Positions 48,021 to 55,814 of a stretch of 64,000 bases of DNA are shown here, piece by piece (position 1 is the first letter of the stretch; each line of letters starts with the position of its first letter). This stretch comes from a virus. The notes under the pieces are model-generated. The model ran no database searches. It was not told the origin of the DNA and was given only the letters and a program-made list of their open reading frames with translations. The DNA lies in IMG/VR virus record IMGVR_UViG_3300032516_000016, positions 3,632 through 67,631 of that record; one strand, given 5' to 3'. Made by a program: the position numbers and the translations under genes.

Positions 48021-48495
48021 ATATGGTATGTGTTGGTTTTCATCATAGTGAAGAGTCTAAAGCAAAAATATCTGCTTCCAAGCGTGGTGAAAATTGTACT
48101 GCTTCTACTAGGGCTAAGTTGTCTGTTGCTGCTCGTGGTCGATTATGTTCTGATGAAACTCGTGCTAAGATATCAGCGTCTGAAAGTGGTGAAAACCATT
48201 ATAATTATGGTAAGCATAGGTCAGATGATACTAAAGCTAAGTTGTCTGTTGCTAATAAGGGTAAACATATATCTGATGAACATAAGGCCAAGATAGTAGC
48301 CGCGCTTGTTGGAAGACCGTGTTCTGATGAGACCAAAGCTAAAATGGCGTCTACTAAAGTAGGTGATAAAAATCCTAATTATGGTAAACGTTTATCGGAT
48401 GAAACTTGTCATAAGATGTCTGTTGCTCGTACAGGTTATAAAAATCCACAGTGGCGTGGTGGTATTAGTTTTGAACCTTATTGTCCTAAATTTAA
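48017..48495 (+). pseudogene. NUMOD3-repeat homing-endonuclease-like gene, no nuclease domain, with IS insertion at its 3' end
   Basis: repeated S.ET.AK.S motifs, then WRGGISFEPYCPKF, then the IS left end. Confidence 0.6.
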
Positions 48496-48633
48496 CTCTT
48501 GGGATTGCGAAGGGCAAAGCGGGAAGTCCCTATCCTTTAGGGTAGGGATGAAAGCGAAGCCCTTTGCGCATGTTTCTGCTAACGGAAATCTATTTATACT
48601 TAGCAATAGGTTATGTATATTTGGTGATAACCT

Positions 48634-49590
48634 ATGCTAATGGTGGGATCATTGTTTGCGGGGATCGGTGGATTCGAACTTGGATTAGAACGGACCGGGG
48701 GATTCGAAACCAAATGGCAATGTGAAATAGATCCCTTCTGTCAGAAGGTATTAGCAAAGCATTGGCCCAACGTGACGCGATTCGCGGATATCAAAGAGAT
48801 GAATGAGGTTCCTTATGTTGATGTCATTTGCGGGGGATTCCCATGCCAGCCCGTCTCCTGTGCGGGTAAAAGGAAAGGCTCGGAAGACAAAAGATGGCTC
48901 TGGCCGGAATTCTACAGAATCGTTTGCGAAGTTAGGCCAGAATGGGTCTTGGTTGAAAACGTGCCCGGATTGCTTAGTGCAAAAGACGCTGATGGAATCA
49001 AAGGAAGACTTTTTGCCGGAATACTGCGAGACCTGGCCGCAAGCGGGTATGATGCGGAATGGAATATCGTATCGGCGACCAGTGTTGGAGCACCGCACCT
49101 CAGGAGAAGAGTGTTCATCATCGGGCGAAAAATGGACAACGCCCTGCGCGGGGGATACCAGGTCAGTGACAGGAGCACTCAGGCCAAGCAGGATAGCGAC
49201 TGGCAGGAAGACAGATTATTTTGCGCGGCAGGTTCTGATGTGGCCCACACCCAATGTACCGAACGGTGGCCGGAAGGTTCCAGACGATGCGAAATGGCAC
49301 GGCAAGACGACCGCTTACAAGGGCGGGAAGAAGATTCAGGTGGGTTTGAACTCAGCAGTCAAGATGTGGCCAACACCATGCAGCCGAGATTGGAAGAGCG
49401 GAGCCGGATCTTCTCCGAGAGAGGGACACGCACCACCATTAACGGATGTGATTGGTGGGCAGTTGAACCCGGCATGGGTCGAGTGGCTCATGGGGTTCCC
49501 GCCAGGGTGGACCGACTTAGAAGCCTCGGAAACGCCATAGTTCCTCAATGCGCGGAGTTCGTTGGTAGATGTGTGTTGGGGTGCTATTGA
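48634..49590 (+). CDS. dcm: C5 cytosine DNA methyltransferase, alpha-type polypeptide (motifs I-VIII and X)
   Basis: SLFAGIGG, GGFPCQ, ENV, RRRVF, LGNAIVP. Confidence 0.93.
   Translation: MLMVGSLFAGIGGFELGLERTGGFETKWQCEIDPFCQKVLAKHWPNVTRFADIKEMNEVPYVDVICGGFPCQPVSCAGKRKGSEDKRWLWPEFYRIVCEVRPEWVLVENVPGLLSAKDADGIKGRLFAGILRDLAASGYDAEWNIVSATSVGAPHLRRRVFIIGRKMDNALRGGYQVSDRSTQAKQDSDWQEDRLFCAAGSDVAHTQCTERWPEGSRRCEMARQDDRLQGREEDSGGFELSSQDVANTMQPRLEERSRIFSERGTRTTINGCDWWAVEPGMGRVAHGVPARVDRLRSLGNAIVPQCAEFVGRCVLGCY
48815..49540 (+). CDS. nested alternative-frame methyltransferase beta-type polypeptide (WPTP repeats + motif IX)
   Basis: long overlapping ORF with GAGGT RBS; W(T/P)TP x3; LNPAWVEWLMGFP motif IX, which is absent from the main frame. 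Confidence 0.7.
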   Translation: MLMSFAGDSHASPSPVRVKGKARKTKDGSGRNSTESFAKLGQNGSWLKTCPDCLVQKTLMESKEDFLPEYCETWPQAGMMRNGISYRRPVLEHRTSGEECSSSGEKWTTPCAGDTRSVTGALRPSRIATGRKTDYFARQVLMWPTPNVPNGGRKVPDDAKWHGKTTAYKGGKKIQVGLNSAVKMWPTPCSRDWKSGAGSSPREGHAPPLTDVIGGQLNPAWVEWLMGFPPGWTDLEASETP

Positions 49591-50027
49591 TGAAATATAA
49601 ATTGGATCGCGGCGCGCATTCCGTCTATTCACTACATTACCATCTGGTAATTGTGGTGAAGTACAGACGAAAAGCCCTGTATGACGAGGTTATCAGGGAG
49701 CGTCTCAAGAATATTATTTGGGAAATGTCAGACGCTCTTGGTATTGAGATCCTGGCACAAGAACCAGCGGAGGATCACATGCATATCCTCTTCAAATGTG
49801 CTCCCACCACAGACCTAACCAAAGTCGTAAACAGCATCAAGGGTGCGAGTTCGCGCCGGATCAGGCAGGAATTTCCCCAAACCAAGCAATTCCTTTGGGG
49901 CGATTCTTTCTGGTCAGATAGCTACTTCATAGCTTCAACTGGCCAGGTATCTCTCGATGTACTGATGCGGTATGTAGAGGGCCAGATGGAAAAGGTAGAA
50001 CAGGAGAAACGAATCCCTACCCTTTAG
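49590..50027 (+). CDS. tnpA: IS200/IS605 Y1 (HUH) transposase
   Basis: HYHLVIVVKYRR, DHMHIL HUH motif, KGASSR, FWSDSYF, YVEGQ. Confidence 0.95.
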   Translation: MKYKLDRGAHSVYSLHYHLVIVVKYRRKALYDEVIRERLKNIIWEMSDALGIEILAQEPAEDHMHILFKCAPTTDLTKVVNSIKGASSRRIRQEFPQTKQFLWGDSFWSDSYFIASTGQVSLDVLMRYVEGQMEKVEQEKRIPTL

Positions 50028-50077
50028 GGTAGGGTTGTTCAAGTGAGGAGCATTAGCTCCTCATTATGTCAAGTTTT

Positions 50078-50317
50078 TTACTTCTTTCGTTTCTGGGCGA
50101 GGCATCCATTCATGCTGACTACTCTGGCGTTGCCCTTAAGACCCACAGTGGCTGAAGCGCAAGCCCGGGCGTCAGCTCCCATAGTTCCTGCATAAGTTTC
50201 CAGGTGGCGGGGTGTTACACCAGGCGGAAAAGAGCGTCTGGCGAAGTAGATACTACCTTTGCGGGGCGATTTCTTTATAATTATATTTCCCATTTCACTC
50301 AAAGTTGGTGCTGGCAT
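50078..50317 (-). CDS. small basic protein (putative nucleic-acid-binding virion core protein)
   Basis: K/R-rich 79 aa; own TATTTATA box and GGAGG RBS. Confidence 0.55.
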   Translation of the reverse strand: MPAPTLSEMGNIIIKKSPRKGSIYFARRSFPPGVTPRHLETYAGTMGADARACASATVGLKGNARVVSMNGCLAQKRKK

Positions 50318-50386
50318 TTATATCAATCCTCCAAACGTATCATTCACACCAACATATAAATACAGTTTGTCTAAAAAAGTTATCCT

Positions 50387-50414
50387 AGGCGTGATCGCCG
50401 CAGCGATCACGCCT
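50387..50414 (-). terminator. C(UGCG)G hairpin followed by a U tract
   Basis: aggcgtgatcgc-cgca-gcgatcacgcct 2 nt after the stop; minus-strand tttttt follows. Confidence 0.7.
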
Positions 50415-50416
50415 CT

Positions 50417-50764
50417 CTATTCGATCGATTCCATGAATATTGTGCCGAATAAGCTGTCAATTTCAGTTATTATTGTTGTTCCCAACTCAAGTATCTCTTC
50501 GCCGTCCTCGGTCTGTAGGTGTAGCGTTCCGTTGCCGATTATCGTATTTTCAAGTGCATATTTTTTGGTTTTTCGATTGTGCGTTATATACCCTTCAGTT
50601 GACATATTGCCAAGGCGATAGCGTATTTTGTTGCAAAATTTGCGCATTTGCTGATCTGTCACCTTTGTGTTTGCTTCCTTGTGTATCTGCTCCGCGATCT
50701 CCCACGTAGTCTTTGGGTTATCGATCAAGCACCAAAGTATGGCCTTATCCAGTACGTCTTGCAT
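50417..50764 (-). CDS. winged-helix DNA-binding protein
   Basis: KTTWEIAEQI...IRYRLGNM..EGYI. Confidence 0.65.
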   Translation of the reverse strand: MQDVLDKAILWCLIDNPKTTWEIAEQIHKEANTKVTDQQMRKFCNKIRYRLGNMSTEGYITHNRKTKKYALENTIIGNGTLHLQTEDGEEILELGTTIITEIDSLFGTIFMESIE

Positions 50765-50978
50765 TTTTTCTCCGTTTTGCTAGGTGCTCTCTCACCATAT
50801 CAGCGCATTGGGGGTGATCGTGCTCTTCAAGCTTCTCTGCCAGGGCTTCCGCCGATTTGTGCAGTTGCGGGATCACGGCGGCTGGCATTTTCGGGTTGTT
50901 CAGCATCTCGATCATGGCGCGTCTCCGCTTTGACCAGTTGCTGATGTCCACGTCAAATGACCAGTCACGGCAGTTCAC
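50745..50978 (-). CDS. hypothetical protein
   Basis: coupled ORF. Confidence 0.5.
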   Translation of the reverse strand: MNCRDWSFDVDISNWSKRRRAMIEMLNNPKMPAAVIPQLHKSAEALAEKLEEHDHPQCADMVREHLAKRRKNARRTG

Positions 50979-51289
50979 CCTACCTCAGCTCCGTGGTTAG
51001 GTTCTTGTTTGCTGTTCATTATGTCGCGCATTGCGGTCTGCATCTCTGTCTCTTTCTTCATGTACTTGTCGTGGTCAGTTTGCACGTCCCGATGCTTCAC
51101 CTCACCCATGAAGAAGTTGGCTGGAAATGCGAGTTCTTCGCAAAATGTTCCGTCGTCACCTAGCTTTCTGCAAACGAGCACGCCGGTCAGTGGATCGAAT
51201 GCGCGATAGTCACATTCGTAGGATTGGCATGCTTCAAAATCTGTTGCCTCTCCACCGAGCATGTAGTATATTGTGTACTTATGTTGCAT
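50975..51289 (-). CDS. hypothetical protein
   Basis: ATG 51289 overlaps the upstream stop. Confidence 0.5.
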   Translation of the reverse strand: MQHKYTIYYMLGGEATDFEACQSYECDYRAFDPLTGVLVCRKLGDDGTFCEELAFPANFFMGEVKHRDVQTDHDKYMKKETEMQTAMRDIMNSKQEPNHGAEVG

Positions 51290-52152
51290 TACTCTTTCCT
51301 CACAAACATGTTCGGGTTTTCGAATTTGTAATGCGCCAGCTCCTCCTCGAATGTGGTCGGTATCCCCTTGCCTTCCTTCGCGCACATCTTGGATGCAATG
51401 GCGAAGCGCACGCGCACTTCGTGCTCTGGCAGTGCGCCGACGGGCAAGGCGGTCGCCGGGATCGTCTTCAAGCATGTGTGGTATGCATCGGATTTGCGAG
51501 GTGGTGGCTCAGCAGGTTCGTCGGTTGGTTCCTGGCCGTCGATTTGGCCTGTTGCCGAGTACTCGTCAACCTTTTGGATGAACTTCTCGATTCTCTTGGT
51601 CCTTTCTTTCGCTTTCTGTTTCTCCAGTTCGCATTCGTCAGCATCAATTTCGCAAAGCTTCCCCAGGTAGTCCATGCGCAGTCGCTCGGTTGCGAGCAAG
51701 TTCTGGCACATTTCGCATTCGCTTTCATTTGCCTTGGTCGTGAGCACTTCTGCGGCATCCTCGATCTTGCCCTTTTCCATCAGCTTCTCAGCTTTCTTGA
51801 ATACTCCCATCAGTTCTAGAAGCATTGGATTCTGGATCTCCCAACTCGAAGAGTTCGCCTTCTGTGAGTTCGCCGGAGGCGAACTCGTGTTGACCTTCAG
51901 CTTCCATGCTGTGATGTACTCTGGGGTGACGAAAAGGTGACATGTGCATGCGGCTTCTTTGTGTCTGTCTTCCTGGATGGCTCGCTGCGCTTCGCCGGTG
52001 GCTTGCGAGCATGGGCATATGCGGTAGTCGTCACAGGGGCATTTGCCTCCACGTGAGTTCAGAAGGCTCACGAAATGGTCGATGTCGCGATCTGGGTGTA
52101 GGTAGAATCCGTTTGTTACTGCGAACAGTTCCAGGTCTTCGCGAGTTGTCAC
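51289..52152 (-). CDS. ferredoxin-thioredoxin reductase catalytic-subunit-like protein with C-terminal extension
   Basis: CPC...ICPC...CTCHLFV [4Fe-4S]/disulfide signature. Confidence 0.75.
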   Translation of the reverse strand: MTTREDLELFAVTNGFYLHPDRDIDHFVSLLNSRGGKCPCDDYRICPCSQATGEAQRAIQEDRHKEAACTCHLFVTPEYITAWKLKVNTSSPPANSQKANSSSWEIQNPMLLELMGVFKKAEKLMEKGKIEDAAEVLTTKANESECEMCQNLLATERLRMDYLGKLCEIDADECELEKQKAKERTKRIEKFIQKVDEYSATGQIDGQEPTDEPAEPPPRKSDAYHTCLKTIPATALPVGALPEHEVRVRFAIASKMCAKEGKGIPTTFEEELAHYKFENPNMFVRKE

Positions 52153-52154
52153 GG

Positions 52155-52547
52155 TTATACCTTCCGTTCCTCGACCGCTTGTCTGAACATTCCCATCAAA
52201 TCTTCGGGTATTTCTCTGCCTTCAGCCATCATTTCTTCGACCAGTTCGATGGTTGCACGCTTGGTTATTACGTTGAAGTTAATTGCATGTTTCTTCAGCG
52301 CGCCTGGGCCGTCAGGGTATCTTAGTGTGTCCTTGATCAGTTCGACCTCTGATTCGATCTTCTCTGGATCGAGTAGACTTGTCCATTCTTTGCAGCTTTT
52401 TTTCTGCTTTTCGTCTTCCATCAGCTCACAAGCAGTGATGGCAGCGCCATAGGCTGTGAGCAATCCTGCTGTCATTTCACATTTGTCACATTTTTCTTTT
52501 GGTGGTTCAGGTTTGTGTTCAGTTTTAATTATATCGTTTTCTTCCAT
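52155..52547 (-). CDS. Cys-containing helical hypothetical protein
   Basis: CDKC...C...C. Confidence 0.55.
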   Translation of the reverse strand: MEENDIIKTEHKPEPPKEKCDKCEMTAGLLTAYGAAITACELMEDEKQKKSCKEWTSLLDPEKIESEVELIKDTLRYPDGPGALKKHAINFNVITKRATIELVEEMMAEGREIPEDLMGMFRQAVEERKV

Positions 52548-52595
52548 ATTGGTATTTGCAGTGTTTTTTCTATATCTTTCTGTTGGTTGAAATTG

Positions 52596-52886
52596 TCATA
52601 GTCTCACCTGTCCCGTCCTTATCATGTGCAACAGGATTGGGACACTTTCGGTTTTTCCGAAAGTGTCTGAGAGCTGATCGAGCAGTACGTGCAAAAATGC
52701 TGCTTCTCCGGCCATGATGTCACCAGTTGTGCGGGTTATCATTTGCACAGTTCGCATGTCGTGAAAGTAGATTCGGTGATTAGATTGTAAAAATGGTTGA
52801 TAAGAATCCATGAAGTCATGAACTTGTGAAAACTTGCGGCCAAGCACGATCAGGTCGATGATCTCGTGCAGCTCATGAGACGGCAT
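52596..52886 (-). CDS. His-rich putative metal-binding/HD-like protein
   Basis: H..H, VH.FMD, HR..FHD, LH.LLD. Confidence 0.55.
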   Translation of the reverse strand: MPSHELHEIIDLIVLGRKFSQVHDFMDSYQPFLQSNHRIYFHDMRTVQMITRTTGDIMAGEAAFLHVLLDQLSDTFGKTESVPILLHMIRTGQVRL

Positions 52887-53411
52887 TCAAGTTGCTCCTA
52901 GCTGCCTTGAAATCTCAATGATCACTGAAGAACAGCAATAAGCCCACATATAGTAAGGAGTTGCACTTTTTATCATCTCCTTTTCCACGAGCAATGGTGC
53001 GTATTTTTCAGCGAGTTTTGCGATCTCTACCGGTATCACGCTTGATACCGGGATTGTCCTTTTCCCAGGGTAGTACTCCATCGTCTTTTTGTGCGTACTT
53101 GCCTGTTTCACCTTCTTCCGTCTAACCAGGAATCGCGTCAACTCCGGATTAGGGGCGGTACGCCCCTGAATCGCCATGTCTAGTGCTATGATTTTGGCGA
53201 TGATGCAGTACTGAAGGATGGAGTAACTTGTGTTCGCATTTATCAGCCCACGCGCCTCCATGATGGGACCAACGGTCTCCATCATGTTGATTACGTCTTC
53301 TGGAAGTTCTGTTGATATTGCTATTGATCGTGTGCTACTTTTTGCCAGATCCCAAACTGAACGAGATTTGCCGGTTTTTTGAAATTTCTCCATATGCAAT
53401 GAACTTCTCAT
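52887..53411 (-). CDS. internally duplicated ribbon-helix-helix-like regulator
   Basis: two similar units (ISTELPEDV...GLI...YSILQYCI and VSSVIPVEI...EMI...YYMWAYCC); start set at MRSS to avoid divergent overlap. Confidence 0.5.
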   Translation of the reverse strand: MRSSLHMEKFQKTGKSRSVWDLAKSSTRSIAISTELPEDVINMMETVGPIMEARGLINANTSYSILQYCIIAKIIALDMAIQGRTAPNPELTRFLVRRKKVKQASTHKKTMEYYPGKRTIPVSSVIPVEIAKLAEKYAPLLVEKEMIKSATPYYMWAYCCSSVIIEISRQLGAT

Positions 53412-53466
53412 GTTTCTATGTACCGCGAGGTAACTATTTAATCTTGTCGAGCGCAAATGTTCGTAC

Positions 53467-54690
53467 ATGGCAACAAAAGCAGCAACTCCTCCTGAAGCAT
53501 CCGGCTCGTCGAAAGCTGTTCGTGATGCAGTAGCATTGTCAAAAGAGTCAAGCAGTGATTCTCCTGATGGATCGTTAGGTAAATTGAGTGAACAATTGAT
53601 CAAGTCGATGGCAAATGATGTGGCGTTCATGCAGGTCCAATCTCAAAAGGATACGATAGAGGCTAATTCGTTAGAGGCCAAGAAGAAGAAGCTTGTTATG
53701 GAGCAGGAGATCGGGCAACTGGAGCAGAAATCGCGGATTTCTGCTCCTGTGGCGGGGTTGGGTGGTTTTGCGGGTGTCGGTCCCATTGGTATGCAGCAGC
53801 TACAGGGTGGTAATGCTGAGGTCATTAAGGCGGCGCTTAGTGCGTTGGAGAGTGATGAGGCCAGGCTCAAGTACCTCGATGCCAATAAGCACCTCCTCTA
53901 CGGAGGTGCTCCTGGGATGGATGCTTTTGCATCTCTCGTACCCAAGAAGCCTGAGAATGGGGGTAGTGAGATTGCAGGCATTCTCGCCGGGTTGGCGCAG
54001 ATGCAGCTTGCACAGGGTCAGGAGCAGCGTAACAGCTTGTACGCTGCATTCGATCTCCAGTCCAAACTCAAGCCGTCCACTCCTGTGGGCGGCAATGGTG
54101 GGGTTGGTCAGAGCGAAGACACCAAGCTCATGGTTGCAGCGATGCTCAAGTTGGCTGAATCGTTTGCGGGTGGGCAGAATCAGATGCAACAGCAGATAGC
54201 GCAGATCCGGGATGAGAAGGTTAAGAGTGAACAGATGTTGTGGGAGAAGTACTTCGAAGCTCAGAGGCAGGCTGATGATGAAAGGCGCAAGAATCAGGAA
54301 GAGCGGTATCTCGGCCAGATCGGTGGTCTTCAGGAGAAGCTTGAGAAGTTGGAGCGTTCTCGTCTTGACGAGGGCGGGGTCCGGGGTGAGCTGGCGCAGC
54401 TTCGCAACTTGATGGAGAAGGGCAAGGAGTTCGGGTTGAATCTGACGAATAAAACGCCAGACGAGGATCGTGCGCAGAGGGAGTACGACCTGGAGCTTGC
54501 AAGGCTTAACATGCAAAAGGAGATGATGGTTCATCAGCAGGAATCGGATAAGGAGAGGATGATGCTGTTTAATAACAAGGTTACAGCATTTGGTTCTATT
54601 CTCGCGCTTGGGTATGATGCAATGCAGGCTAAAAAGAAATTGCAGAAGGCGAATCCGCAAACAGTTAACAGTCTCGGGGCGGGCATATGA
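53467..54690 (+). CDS. Gln/Glu-rich coiled-coil protein (possible scaffold/assembly factor)
   Basis: long heptad-rich ORF heading a plus-strand operon. Confidence 0.6.
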   Translation: MATKAATPPEASGSSKAVRDAVALSKESSSDSPDGSLGKLSEQLIKSMANDVAFMQVQSQKDTIEANSLEAKKKKLVMEQEIGQLEQKSRISAPVAGLGGFAGVGPIGMQQLQGGNAEVIKAALSALESDEARLKYLDANKHLLYGGAPGMDAFASLVPKKPENGGSEIAGILAGLAQMQLAQGQEQRNSLYAAFDLQSKLKPSTPVGGNGGVGQSEDTKLMVAAMLKLAESFAGGQNQMQQQIAQIRDEKVKSEQMLWEKYFEAQRQADDERRKNQEERYLGQIGGLQEKLEKLERSRLDEGGVRGELAQLRNLMEKGKEFGLNLTNKTPDEDRAQREYDLELARLNMQKEMMVHQQESDKERMMLFNNKVTAFGSILALGYDAMQAKKKLQKANPQTVNSLGAGI

Positions 54691-55022
54691 GCGAAGCTTT
54701 CTACTCGCTGCTCGGCCAGGTTGATTCTCACTTCCCTCCGACTGAGGTTGCTCGGTCATTCGTTGATAAGTATGTCATGATGGATGCGCCTGCTATTCAT
54801 TCTACGCTCGTGCGTCTTCCCATGGTCAAGCATACGCTTCCTATGCTACGCGATTTCGTTTCTGATATGGAGCGTGGGGAGATTGCAAAAGAATTAATAG
54901 CATCATTGGACATACATTACCATGAGTTGCTTGAGGAGATAAACAAAGATGAAAAGAAGCGTGCATTGTTCCGGGGAACATTGTCTCTTGTTCTCGATGA
55001 TCTCACCGGGGTGGCAAGATGA
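54687..55022 (+). CDS. hypothetical protein
   Basis: ATGA-coupled. Confidence 0.6.
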   Translation: MSEAFYSLLGQVDSHFPPTEVARSFVDKYVMMDAPAIHSTLVRLPMVKHTLPMLRDFVSDMERGEIAKELIASLDIHYHELLEEINKDEKKRALFRGTLSLVLDDLTGVAR

Positions 55023-55813
55023 TTACTAGACCATCTGGACGCGACCCTGGGAGTTACAAGTTTAATGTTGTTGATGCCGGAAGTATGTGGCGTGTGTTGG
55101 TTCGTCCTGATATTACTGATTATAAAGAGATGAAATATCCTGGTTTTAATTGTGCTTTCGGCATTGATCTCAATACTGGAGCGCATGTTGTCGTGTACTT
55201 GGATTACTACAAGGCGGCATATGACAAAGCTGATCTCGAAGATCCCACCAGTCCTATTGGTCAGTCAATTAAGGCGAAGATTGATAAATGCCTTATCTGC
55301 AACACCATGGACCAGATGAGTGACGATATCCAGCCACCCACTAAGGCACTGGCTCCACGGGCACCGGCGAGCGCGCCGGTGCCTGTGCCTGCGGTGTCCT
55401 CGGGTGATTTCGTTATGCCCAGGTACATCCCCGCGCTCACGTCCATAGGGCAGAAGGTTTTTTGCACCAAGTTTGGTGGCGTTGCCTCGTCCGTCGTTCT
55501 CTCCATGGTCGCGGATCTCCTTGCCGGGTGGAGTAGTGACCCCGGCCAGAAATCTGCTTTCAGGCAGATCTCTGACCAGTACGTCGAGCAGATGGGATTG
55601 TGCGATGAGAAGGATATTGCGTTGCTTAAGGGGGATATCGGGAGGTTGTATGACACCTGGCAGAAGGATGGGGATATCTTCAAGGCTGTTAAGCAGGGCA
55701 TGTTCAAGGATGTTGCCGAGGCTCTGAAGGACCAGGGTGTACAGGTCAATGCGATGAAGAATACCACGTATTCGTTGTCAGCTCGCCCATTCCGCAGATC
55801 ATCAGCAGATTGA
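55019..55813 (+). CDS. hypothetical protein ending in SSAD
   Basis: ATGA-coupled; Pro/Ala linker. Confidence 0.65.
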   Translation: MITRPSGRDPGSYKFNVVDAGSMWRVLVRPDITDYKEMKYPGFNCAFGIDLNTGAHVVVYLDYYKAAYDKADLEDPTSPIGQSIKAKIDKCLICNTMDQMSDDIQPPTKALAPRAPASAPVPVPAVSSGDFVMPRYIPALTSIGQKVFCTKFGGVASSVVLSMVADLLAGWSSDPGQKSAFRQISDQYVEQMGLCDEKDIALLKGDIGRLYDTWQKDGDIFKAVKQGMFKDVAEALKDQGVQVNAMKNTTYSLSARPFRRSSAD

Positions 55814-55814
55814 G

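Larger units (their letters stand above)
48496..50042 (+). mobile_element. IS200/IS605-family element (tnpA + cytosine methyltransferase cargo, no tnpB)
   Basis: near-identical subterminal hairpins ccctatcctttagggtaggg (48528-48547) and ccctaccctttagggtaggg (50015-50034); preceded by target TTTAA; ends in TTCAA. Confidence 0.85.

Noticed and set aside
53412-53630. Long head-to-head overlap of ORFs 52887..53630 and 53467..54690
   Set aside because: The minus gene more plausibly starts at 53411, leaving an intergenic TATTTAA box; the extension reads like antisense shadow
53800-54759. Long antisense ORFs (also 9208..9921, 40373..41290, 46376..47191, 62288..63259)
   Set aside because: They lie opposite better-supported genes and have no motifs or RBS; consistent with codon-bias shadows
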